From assembly GCA_965645245.1 (NCBI GenBank), contig OZ287075.1, positions 248,001 to 312,000 of the forward strand: a stretch of DNA of 64,000 nt, read 5' to 3'. The position numbers and the translations under genes were made by a program. This stretch comes from Massalongia carnosa (taxonomy: Eukaryota). A model generated the notes under the pieces. That model saw nothing but the letters and a program-made list of their open reading frames with translations, was not told the origin of the DNA and did no database searches. Of this stretch, positions 51,501-62,113 are shown one piece after another. Positions within the stretch are counted from its first letter, which is position 1. Each line of letters opens with the position of its first letter.

Positions 51501-52685
51501 GTACGGGGTTGGTGAGTGCTAAGCTCTAGATCTCATCTTTTTTTTTTCTCAGGCGGACTCTATATTTGCAGTTATTGAACGAAACTTTCGTACTCTTTCG
51601 TTGGCGGTCTGTCTCAGCCAGTTTTCTGGTGTTTCTCTCTTTTCGATGGTGACGTGTGCATTCTAATAACATGACTCCCCGTGTTTTCTGAAAAGATTCT
51701 ATGACTATCGCGAACCCCTGGGTAAAAGCATAGTCCTGAAGGCGAGCCTTTCCCTCCTCCCAGCTAGCGAAACCTTCTCCCTCTTGAGGGGGGAGACAAT
51801 GGGCTGGAGGGAGAAGGGCCTTGGCCTTTCCAATTTTCTGATCTAGGGAAAATAAGGCGGAGGCCATGACTGAGAGAAAGAATAGAATCGAAAAGATGAT
51901 AAACGTTGGGCATATGGGATGATTACCCCTCATCAAATAATCCGAGGCTAGCTACGTGTGATGTTTGAAGCAATAAGTAATGTTGCAAGTGACTGGGTAT
52001 ATGAAGCTTGCGGGGGGACGTTGCATTAGTAGATGGACTATTAATTTAGTGTGAGGATGAGGCTTAAGCTAGTCCTAATAAGCAGTAGAACTTCACAGAA
52101 AAAGGCTTTGTAAATGGGCCTCGGATCGAATTGACGATGGTGATATCTTTATATATAGTGACGAGGCCTGGCATGAAATTGGGGGCTGGCCCATAGGGAA
52201 AAAACGCAAGATTCCTATTGTAAAAGGTGCGGATCCTCATAAGCTTGCGGCTCCCGAGCCTCCTGTTCAGTTCACCATCATGCAATGAGGATCAGTGACT
52301 AGTGAAGGTGTAATAGGGCCTCATTATCTCAGGAAGGCAGAGACCATAGAGGAAAAAGACCTGAATGAATTGAAATTGAAAAAAGCAAATGAGCTTTCAG
52401 TGAAAAAGGTGAAAGATCAAAGAAAGAATGTCATCAGTCCAGTACATCCGAATATCGACTTCTTGAAGTAAGAAATTTCCACAAATTGACTAAGAATTGC
52501 TAACAAATTCAGGACAAGAATTTCGCAATTGAGTTTACATAATGAAAATTTACGAATAGGTGGGATCAAAGGAAACAAAGGTCGATAAATGAAATTTACT
52601 CCCGAAATACTGTTTAAACATGAAGGCCTCGAACGTCGTAAGAAGGGCGGAATAGACGCATTTCTCTATAGAAACAAGGTCCTTT
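48546..52685 (+). mobile_element. Degenerate Tc1/mariner element A, interrupted by a MULE and truncated at the 3' end
   Basis: TA|CTCGGGCCCAGAAG left end. HTH-type N-terminus at 48689-48974 (…LERSGRLPRV…ILQNP). It resumes at ~52094 with HRKRLCKWA…FIYSDEAW…FTIMQ*GS…KGGIDAFLYRNKVL. The second D and the E were not found. Confidence 0.75.
48975..52093 (-). mobile_element. Mutator-like element (MULE-1) with ~94-bp inverted repeats (49018-49111 / 52000-52093) and a disrupted transposase (~51868-49215)
   Basis: Long inverted repeats with 2 mismatches. FAR1-like N-terminus (LQDYAFTQGF..LECTRH), ETDATFNTN, ILGDF, LCT*HA, TQRVEGLH and GLPCKC. TAG stops at 51526 and 50771 plus frameshifts. The left terminus at 48975 is inferred. 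Confidence 0.9.
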
Positions 52686-52782
52686 CTGTCACGATTCAAC
52701 CACATCCACCCAAGGCCAATCAAAGGAAAGTACGGCATCTGCCGGCGCACTAACCGCTTCCGTTACTCAATCCTTTTAGCAA

Positions 52783-55305
52783 GGGAATCAATACGGACAC
52801 CCCTTTTCACTACCTTGACACCGTGACACCCTACATTAACACCCCCCAAGTAAGCTAACCAAATCAGGATTTTTATCCGTTCCGGAGCTGGAACTTCTGC
52901 ACTCATATCTGCATGCTAACCATTCGTCATTGCATGCACATTAACCAATCAGCTATCAATATGAATCTTGCCCCTCCCACCCACATGCTAAACGAAACAA
53001 ATGGATCGCTCAATCTTCTTCTTGTCGCCATGCAAAAACACGCAGGCCCTGAGGGGTATGCTGTCTGCCAGCTTCGCACCAAAAAGTGTGCGACCACTGG
53101 ATTGATAGACACATGTTATATTTGTTGCGACCGAGGACGAAAGGACCGTCAGCCTCGAGGACAGAAACGCTTACATGGAACGTTCAGGACCATTGACTAT
53201 CCTTTCTCTGTAGTGGTCAAGTCTAAAGACGATGAATGGATAGTTCGCGATATTCGAAATCCAGGCCACAATCACTCTGCTACCGTGGAAGGCTCTCATC
53301 CATCGCTCAGAAAACTTGCTATTACCCCAGCTATAGCTGATGAAATTGTGCGCGCAACGAAGGTGCAAATGAAAACCGAGTCAAATCCTTTCGTCTCTTC
53401 GGCTCGGTCAGACTGACGATATAAATGACAATAATCCTCTTTTTAAGCGACAAGATATTTACAATGCGAAGGCGGAAATTCGACACAAGGCACTAGGACG
53501 ACTGACTCCCATTCAGGCGTTGATGCAGGAGTTAAATCGGCCTCATTAGTATGTACGGAGAAGATGCAATGTTTTACATACTAAATTGCAGTAGGAATTC
53601 GTTTTATCTCAAAGACAATCTCGATCGCATAACACATCTTTATTTCAGCAAAGATTCCTGTCAAAGCACCCTGATGACCAACCCCGACGTGTTAATCGTG
53701 GACTGCACCTATAAAACCAACAGATACAAATTACCATTGATATCAACAATTGGAACAACGGCCCTAAACACCTCATTTTATGTGGGGTTTGCCTTTCTTC
53801 GTCAAGAACGTAAAGAGGACTATGTTTGGTTTCTTCAACAATTAAAAATCCTTTATCGAATGCTGAACATTTCCTATCCAAAGGTAGTAGTCACCGATCG
53901 AGACATTGGCCTCATGGCCGCTATTTACAGTGTGTTTCCTGACACACGTCATTTGTTATGCTTGTGGCATGTTCACAGGAATGTTCAGGAGCATTGGAAA
54001 CCAGTTTTTAGACATAGTGCTCATTCCGACGATGACTGGATGGCCTTCGAAAGCATGTGGCATGCGGTGGTTTATTCAAAGACTGAAGAGGAATATGAGG
54101 TCAATTGGGACGCTCTAAATGATGCTTATTCACATGATCATTCAGCGGAAGTGCAGTATCTGGTAGACACATGGCTAGCCCCATATAAACGAAAATTCGT
54201 CAAGGCATTCGTCGACAAAGTTCTTCATTTCGGCAATATTGCTACCTTTAGAGTGGAGGGGGGCCATGCTGTCTTGAAACATCAGTTGGGATTTTCTACC
54301 GGTGATCTCAAAACGGTGGTTGACAACATTGATTTGTTACTAAAGAATCAGCATCAAGAGTACGTGATAAAACTGGATGAGGCTAAAATGCGCTTTCCTA
54401 CCCGACTACGAAGACCTCTTTACAACGATGTAAGGGTTTATATCACGCCTTTTGCATTGTTGAAGGTGCATAGTCAGTACGAACGTCTTTTGGATCAAAC
54501 GACCCCTCTTTCATTATGCACCGGGGCATTTCGAGCAACAATGGGGCTACCATGTGCTCATGAAATCCAGGAAAGTTGATAAACTGAAGGAAATAGCCCT
54601 GAAAACGTACTAACTCTATTGCAATTAGGTTCGACTTTCTGGCCCGGCCCCCAATGTGCTGCAGCGCGACGACATTCACATCAAATGGTGGTTTCAGCGC
54701 CCCCTTAATCGGGCTTATTATCGCCACGAATCACCACCTCCAAATGTCATCGATCCTTTGCTATTGGTGCGCGACCCCGAAGTAGTAGCCCGACCCCGAG
54801 GGCCTCCGTCAATCGCGATGCGTTTACAATCGGAAAGAGCTCAACGGGAGGCTGATAACTCTACCCAACGGGAGTTATCAGGGTTCGAACATGTCGAGGA
54901 GGTGTTGAGTAGGCCTCCGAGGCGAGGGTGGGGGTGAGGGCGGGGGTGAAGGCGGGGGCGAGGGCGGGGTCGAGGACGAGGGCGAGGACGGGGCAGAGGG
55001 CAGTCACAAGGTGAAGGGGTGGCCTCCGGTGAAGCTATTCAATCGATTGAAGTAGATGGAGTAGGTTTGCTCCAGGCCTTTCAAATGTAAACACGAAATG
55101 AAGCCCAATTCAATGAAACAATCATCGAGAAAGCATCAAACGACTGTCTAAAACACACCTGAATTTATCAAATCGAGCATGTTTTCTCCAGTTATTTCTG
55201 CGCCCGAGGGAAATTTATACCCGATTGGTTAGCTTACTTGGGGGTGCTAATGTAGTGAAATAGGGTGTCAAGGTAGTGAAAAGGGGTGTCCCGGTATTGA
55301 TTCCC
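52783..55305 (+). mobile_element. Mutator-like element (MULE-2) with ~80-bp imperfect TIRs and an 8-bp TSD TTTAGCAA; disrupted transposase at ~52960-55090
   Basis: Ends GGGAATCAATAC… and …GTATTGATTCCC are flanked by TTTAGCAA at 52775-52782 and 55306-55313. Motifs: ICCDRG…HNH, VDCTYKTN, VTDRD, LCLWHV, RVEGGH, GLPCAH. Frameshift in the A-run at ~53372. Confidence 0.93.
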
Positions 55306-56375
55306 TTTAGCAATCATAGGGGCAATCAACGGAGGTCTGAAAGGACTGAAAGGGACGCATCGGAACGACCTTCTAAAGCAAACACAAATGGATGGAAGGG
55401 ACAAAGGGCAGAAAGACTGTTTGACCAAACTGTTCACTTATTGATGGAGACACAAACAGCTGGATCGGGCAAAGCGATTATCTATATAGACTCCTAGAGA
55501 GAGCACCTTATGCTTGTTTCCTTTCTGCATCTTTGATATTTTCTAGTGCATAGCTTCCCAGTAGATAGTCAATTCCACATCCTGGTTGAACCGTCACACT
55601 TTCGCCTCTGCTATACCCATTCTATGAAGTTTAAACGGTATCGAGGGGTTGTGGGCCAGTGAAAAAAGACGATTGATGCCCGAATGGTTGAAAATTCGAG
55701 GGGTTGGAAAAGACGCTCAGAAGAAGGCACGAGAATTTATTTCTGACAAATGCATGGAATTCTTCCGAGTTAAAAGACTCAGCAGAGCATCTTTCTGCTG
55801 AATGGAAGACCAAATTGTGGCGCTGCATAGACGCAGAAGGCAGGAATAATTTTAGAGGATAGAAACAATTCCTCTTGAACACATGCCTCCCCCTATGTTC
55901 CATTCAAACAACTCCATATGAACGATTTTTCCCTCGATTCTTTCCTGACCGTTCTCCAATCTCTGCTGAAACAAATCCTTATCCTGACTCTTTTAAAGCC
56001 AGCCCAAAAATATCGCTTGACCCATCATTGCAATTCCTATCTCGGGGACGCTGTCGCTTGAACGAAGTGAAAATACGACTCGATCGTCGCACTGAGGGCG
56101 GCGATGAGAGGTCGGAAAGTTGTTCGGGCACCCTAGTAAGTGAGTATGATATAAGAAACAGAAGGACTATGATACTGCCATACAAAATCAAAAGTTGTAG
56201 TCATGATGATGATTAGTTGACATAAGAATGCTTCGATTTGATCATTTACGTGGGAAATGCGGGGAATAATGAAGTGATTCTATTGGTCAAACCCCCTTGT
56301 AGAACGCTAACCCAAAAAGGAAACGACAGACTTCTGGGGTAGCATTTTTAAGCGAAAATCCCCCATGTTGATGAA

Positions 56376-57616
56376 ATGGCACCATCTACTCCACCACCAC
56401 AGGCAAAAAAATCCCCTGATGCTGATACCATCAGAAAAACCCGCTTTTTTCATGCTATTGATCATCGGCCGGAAAATGTAATCATCAAAGACGTCTGCGA
56501 GCAGGAGAGCATCAAGCTCGATCGAGGAAAATATTGGCTGAAGCAACGCCAGCGTCTTGAAGACGTCGCCTATCGACGACGTTCTCGTAGCGGTCGACCT
56601 AAAAAAGTGAGCACTCAGTTGATAATCAGATGCTGAATCCACATACAAATAGCGTTCGCGATCAGCCGTACACCGTACAATTGGAGCACTTTCATATAGA
56701 TGCAACGCGACGTACACTGCAAAGAGCATTCAGTGCTCGCAAACCTCGTGCCGCTCGATATAAAAAAGTGAAGGTGAAAACGCTCAGTCAGAAAAACGAG
56801 CGACTACGAGTTCTATACGGGAAAGAGCATGAAAATCATACTATTGATATTGAGAATTTCTGGCAGTACGTTCATTTCACGGATGAGGCTCATTTCGACC
56901 CGGATCAAACGTACCAAGAGCGAGTTCTTCGAGAGGAAGGCACTAGATACGAGTCAGAAAACATGCAAAAGATGCCGGACATGAAGTGGATAAAACTGCA
57001 TGTTGCCGCTTCTATTTCGTGGCATCATAAAGGGCCGCTGACGTTTTACAATGACGAGCACGACGCGTCTGAAATTCAGGTTCACAAGCCCAGAAAACCA
57101 CGCAGGTCGAAGTATGAAACGGAGCATGATCATCGTCAGCGAATAGCTGAATGGGAGGCTTCTCTACCTCACGATTTAGAGATTAAATCAAAAGGCAATA
57201 GCATAACTCAAGCTTATTATACGGAGCGTCTGCTTCCCGGCTATATGACTAAAATTCATGAATGTCGTGTTTTTCATGATCGATTTTGCATCTTTCAAGA
57301 AGATAACGATCCTAGTCACGGCACACGATCTACAGACAATATCCTACGTAGATTCAAGGCAGCTAGCTAGATTGAAATGTTGAATCATCCTCCGCAATCC
57401 CCTGATCTCAATCCAACGGAAGGGGTATGGAATATTCTGAAACAGCGAGTTAGACGGCGACGGTGCAGCAATGTGAGAGAGTTAAAACGGGTGATTCTAG
57501 ATGAATGGGACAAAATATCTATAGATGAAATTCGGGCCCGAATTAAGGAGATGCCTGCTCGATGTAAGAGATTAATAGCGACGGAGGGCAAAGCAATAAA
57601 ATCCGATCTATGGTAA
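56376..57616 (+). pseudogene. Tc1/mariner transposase B (D38E spacing), with a frameshift at ~56620-56636 and a TAG stop at 57368-57370
   Basis: RSGRPKK, HFTDEAHF, FQEDNDPSHG, HPPQSPDLNPTEGVW and MPARC…G. The probable right end is …CCGTTACACAG|TA at ~57657-57659. Confidence 0.88.
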
Positions 57617-57961
57617 ATTCTGATGTCGCTTATAACATAATCTCTGCCGTTACACAGTAGTCCTGCTGCAGGTCGTTCCATTCTCCTGCCTATCAAGGCC
57701 TAGTAGGCTAACCATAGCCTCATGGTTTAGCGTTCTTCAGCTTCCACTTCGAGGCTAGATGCAACAAAATCGCTCACAACGGTTGGCTGAATTTATGCAA
57801 CACTGTGGAACGCAATCAAAGTAGCTCTCCGTGAGGCTAATCTGAATTTGTGAACGCCCCGTGGACTTACATGATAACCGCTAGCTAACATGCAACTCGA
57901 CGTTAATAAAGCGAACTTTTCGCATTTCCTTTCGGCATCCATAACTCTTGCTATTCTCGTG

Positions 57962-59626
57962 ATGGGTCGCGCAGAGGAGATTGCCACCGAAGAGGGGGTC
58001 AGAAATAGCCATGGAATATATCTCAGTAATAAAGCAGAGCCTCAAATATACAGAGATGCCGTTCTCGACACCAGCGAACTCGATGACCTCCAGCAGTCCA
58101 CCAAACGAGGCCTCAAATCCCGACACGCTCAGATGATCGCCTTGGGAGGTACCATAGGCACCGGCCTTTTCGTTGGTAGTGGAGCTACGCTCGCGAGAGG
58201 AGGCCCTGCTTTCATCCTAGCTTCTTACACAATCATCGCGATCTTAGTATTTTTTGTTTTCACCGCCATTGCAGAAGTGGCCGCATATCTTCCGCTCACA
58301 GGTGGAACCATGGCATACTTCGGCTTTCGGTATGTGTCGAGTAGCTTGGGTTTTGCAATGGGCTGGTTGTATTGGTATTCTCTGGGCATATTGGTACCGT
58401 ACGAGATCACGGCAGCAGGGCTCGTAATAGACTACTGGGAGAGCCCGGTGAACATCGCTGTATGGATAACCATCTTCATTATCGTCATTGTTGGGCTTAA
58501 TTTCTTCCCTGTGGGAGTATATGGCGAGACGGAATTTTGGTTCGCGTCTTTGAAGGTCTTTATGATGATAGGACTGTTGATTCTCTCCTTCATCTTATTT
58601 TGGGGAGGTGGACCGAATCATCAGCGGTTGGGCTTTCATTACTGGAAAAATCCCGGCGCTGCCAACACATTCATCAAAAAGGGTGATACGGGTAGATTCA
58701 TCGCTTTTTTATCGACGCTCATTCTGAGTGCTTTTCCCTTTACCTTCTCTCCAGAGTTGCTGGTTGTCACGGCTGGAGAGATGCAATCCCCCCGTCGAAA
58801 TCTCCCAGTTGCGGCGAAACGATACTTCTTTCGATTGATATTTTTCTATCTTGGAAGCGTTCTTGCGATTGGCGTAATCTGCGCCTCCAATGATAAGGCC
58901 TTGACCGACGGAGGAGCTGGAGCGAAGTCGTCTGCCTTCACGGTCGGGATCACCAATGCTGGAATCCATGGTCTTGGTAGCGTAGTCAACGCTATCATCA
59001 TAACTTCAGCCTGGTCATCTGGCAACTCCTTTCTTTACCTATCCAGCCGATCTCTCTATTCCCTGGCGGTCGCGGGGAATGCACCCAGCGTCTTTAAAAG
59101 GTGTACCAGAGGAGGGGTGCCTTATATGGCAATTGGTATTAGTGCATTGTTCTCGCCCCTGGCGTACCTGAACGTTGGCAATAGTGGCTCCAAGGTTTTC
59201 TCCTGGCTAGTAAACCTTACCAACACCTCAGGCTTCATTTCATGGATATGCTGTTGTATTGTCTACCTTCGGTTTCGAAAAGCTTGTATAACGCAAGGGG
59301 TAACCGAGTTGCCTTATCACTCCTTTGTACAGCCTGCGGGAGCTTGGATCGCTATCGTTGGGTTCGTCATTTTTGTCCTGATCAACGGATTCGATGTATT
59401 CTTTCCCAACCGATTTTCCCCCTCTGCTTTTCTCACCGCTTACATTGGAATCCCGATCTTTCTGGCTATCTATTTGGTTCATCGGTTGTTTCATCATAGT
59501 GATGCCTGGGCTCATAGGCCAGAAGATGTCGATTTGACTTCAGGTTTACAGGCAGTATTGGCTGCCGAGAAACCGAAGAAATCGTACGACGAGTGGTGGC
59601 AGAAGGTTCAGGTGCTGTGGGGGTAG
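57962..59626 (+). CDS. Amino-acid permease (APC superfamily, YAT family; proline-permease-like)
   Basis: RGLKSRHAQMIALGGTIGTGLFVGSG, GFAMGWLYWY, YGETEFWF and SAWSSGNSFLY, with about 12 hydrophobic segments. Start codon uncertain (57962 or upstream). Confidence 0.93.
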   Translation: MGRAEEIATEEGVRNSHGIYLSNKAEPQIYRDAVLDTSELDDLQQSTKRGLKSRHAQMIALGGTIGTGLFVGSGATLARGGPAFILASYTIIAILVFFVFTAIAEVAAYLPLTGGTMAYFGFRYVSSSLGFAMGWLYWYSLGILVPYEITAAGLVIDYWESPVNIAVWITIFIIVIVGLNFFPVGVYGETEFWFASLKVFMMIGLLILSFILFWGGGPNHQRLGFHYWKNPGAANTFIKKGDTGRFIAFLSTLILSAFPFTFSPELLVVTAGEMQSPRRNLPVAAKRYFFRLIFFYLGSVLAIGVICASNDKALTDGGAGAKSSAFTVGITNAGIHGLGSVVNAIIITSAWSSGNSFLYLSSRSLYSLAVAGNAPSVFKRCTRGGVPYMAIGISALFSPLAYLNVGNSGSKVFSWLVNLTNTSGFISWICCCIVYLRFRKACITQGVTELPYHSFVQPAGAWIAIVGFVIFVLINGFDVFFPNRFSPSAFLTAYIGIPIFLAIYLVHRLFHHSDAWAHRPEDVDLTSGLQAVLAAEKPKKSYDEWWQKVQVLWG

Positions 59627-60834
59627 ACAGTCGAGCCGTTGTGGCAAGCCATAACATGAACGTGTCTGACTTGTCAAGTGGAATCAACCTAGTATGATTG
59701 ATGAAATAAAGATACGTTTACTCTGCAGAGGCTCATCCACCAATCCACACCTCTCATGTCCAAAATAGTACATCATTGATTTGTTTCAATAATAGCTACG
59801 TAATGAAGGTTCTATTGCTGAAAAATTAGGTGTCGGGGCTAGAAAGTCCAACTACCCCAAAAGAGCCCATAGATCAGTGTTTGTCCTTGTCATTGGGTTA
59901 GATGTGGTACGTCTAGCGTGGTGAAAAATCATCCCCGTCGAAGCTCATTGTCTCTATGTAAATAAACCGCAATTCAAAGTCCTAAGGCCCGAAGGAATCT
60001 CCAAAAGTTTTATATGGGATCCAGCCAATTTGACCCATTAATGTAAGTGGAATAAAGTTTTGGTCAATTCAGTAAAGGCTGCAATGATATTGTAGCAATA
60101 TTCTTGCACATCGAGTCCTTTCCCTTGGTATATAGAGTATCGAAATAGCGTAAGAACCGGTACTCTATATCTCTTTCTAAAGCATACAAGCGCCTCTCAG
60201 CATCATCTCTAAAGATCAACACACACTAGGATCTCCATAGTTCTGAGCGTAAATATGACTGAGAGTACGTATACCCATGGGGTTGGGGGGGAATAAACGA
60301 GAAAAAGATGATATTAGAACCGATATCTAAGACAGCCACCCGTGACACGTATAACCGGTGTTGTTGAAAGCTGATAACCGTTCGAACCAAACGATAGTTA
60401 AATCTTACATACCTTAAGGGCGGTTGGGGGTATTCGGACATGGTCTTGAGATGGTCTCAAAATATTATCCACTAGAACGTTCTTGTCTTAGTCTATCTAC
60501 ATAGTGATTACGTCAGTCAAGAAAGCAAATAGTGTTCAGATATTTTGTATATGTAAGATATCCTATGACGTGGAATGCATGTTTCTAACAACATCATCTC
60601 AGGACGATCTTCGTTTGAAGAATTTCATCAGATTAGCTCAAGATTCTTTTGAATCAGGAGTGCTTTGAAACAGTGTGATATTTGGTTGACAAGATTTCAA
60701 GTTTCAGTTTGTGTTAGAGCCAAGTGCAAGCAAAACATTTTCTTCGGTCAAGCTATGAGAAGCTAAATAGGATTGCACCAACAACTTCAAGCAAAACATC
60801 TTTTCTTCATACCAGTACAAAAAAAGCAAAGCAT

Positions 60835-61755
60835 TCACGAGCTAAACTGATTCTCGTCTTCGTTCTCGGCCTCGGTGACCTCCATCTCATCCATGATGGT
60901 ACCAAATTCCTCCGTCTCTGGTTTGTCTGATGATTCCTTTCTCAGACGTTTTGTCCGAGCTGGTTTCAATTTGAAATGGTGTAGCTTGATGTTTTTGTAT
61001 TTCGCCATTTGGGGAAACGTATCATAGAACTCTAGCAGGGAGGTTCGATCTGTCCCTTCTGCTCTGGGGGCATCCAAGAACAACTTCGTCTTCACCGCTA
61101 AATTAAGAAAAAAACACTTGTTTCATATCAGTATGTAAATATCATCAGTTCTCCCATGCCTTGTCACGTACCTTTAATCCAATAGGGTCCTCGAGGCATT
61201 ACGCCCTTTTTTGAAGACTCATGAAACATCAAATCTTTTGCAGTCCATGGAAAAACGGTTTCAGCATCGTGAGGATCGTATTGCTGTGCAAAAGCTTTGA
61301 ATAATCTGCTCGAGTCATGCTCGGATTCCAGCAGCCCTAGGTTGTCTCTCCTCATCGCAGACTTCACATAGTCCTAACAAAATTCAGAAGTCGAGTATAA
61401 ACGCTAAGAGCAAGCTACATACTTCCATACAGGTCAGAGAGCGATGTTTCCACGTTGAAACGTTGGACTGCGCTTTGGTGAGTCCTTTCCTGAAATATAT
61501 ATCTTCGTCATCCACATTTTCCTTGATTGCAGTACGTGCGATATGCGCTATCTGATCTACGTCCAACTTGCCATAACGAAGCGCAAATGGCCGCAAAGCA
61601 GCCTCCAATCGCATCGCTGTTATTTTCCATTCCGACGTAATGGCGTGTCTTCTCCGCCTCTTTTTTGTTGATATTTCTGCCGCTATTGGCCCTGATTCTA
61701 TCTCGGATTGTGTCATAGGTTCAAGGACCTCTTCATTTGAGGATGAGATATTCAT
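60835..61755 (-). CDS. 3-exon hypothetical protein (~265 aa), divergent from the transposase; exons 61755-61423, 61373-61172, 61097-60835
   Basis: Introns 61422-61374 (GTATGT…TTAG) and 61171-61098 (GTACGT…TTAG) join three ORF fragments in frame (798 nt in total). NLS-like KKRRRRH and an acidic tail. Confidence 0.7.
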
Positions 61756-62113
61756 GATTATATTTGTGATATCAGCATGAACGATAGTGCAATCGGAAGA
61801 AAGCCTGAAGAATGGTAATGTTCTGAAACAGTGTGCTAAAGCCCTAAGAACTAAAATATCAACGCACAAGCAGTTCTTCATGAGAATACCTCACCTGCGC
61901 ACAGAATTGAACTCAGTCATAAGACACGATGCCTCATCGTGTATTTCAGGATGATGTGACGGAGAATATGATGATCGATGAAGGTCATGTTTTGAGAAAG
62001 AGAAGAAAGCCTAAATCATTGACACTGCTTCAATCCTCTCAGCAGTAAGCCTTCTTCATATCAGTCTGAATAAACCGGACCTTGATGAATTAAGTTTCCA
62101 GGGTCCTCCTCTT

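Noticed and set aside
59800..60475. CACTA pentamers (60224, 60470) as the left terminus of the large transposon, plus a decayed minus-strand ORF
   Set aside because: The other end is outside the window and no subterminal repeats are seen. A 5-mer match is expected by chance.
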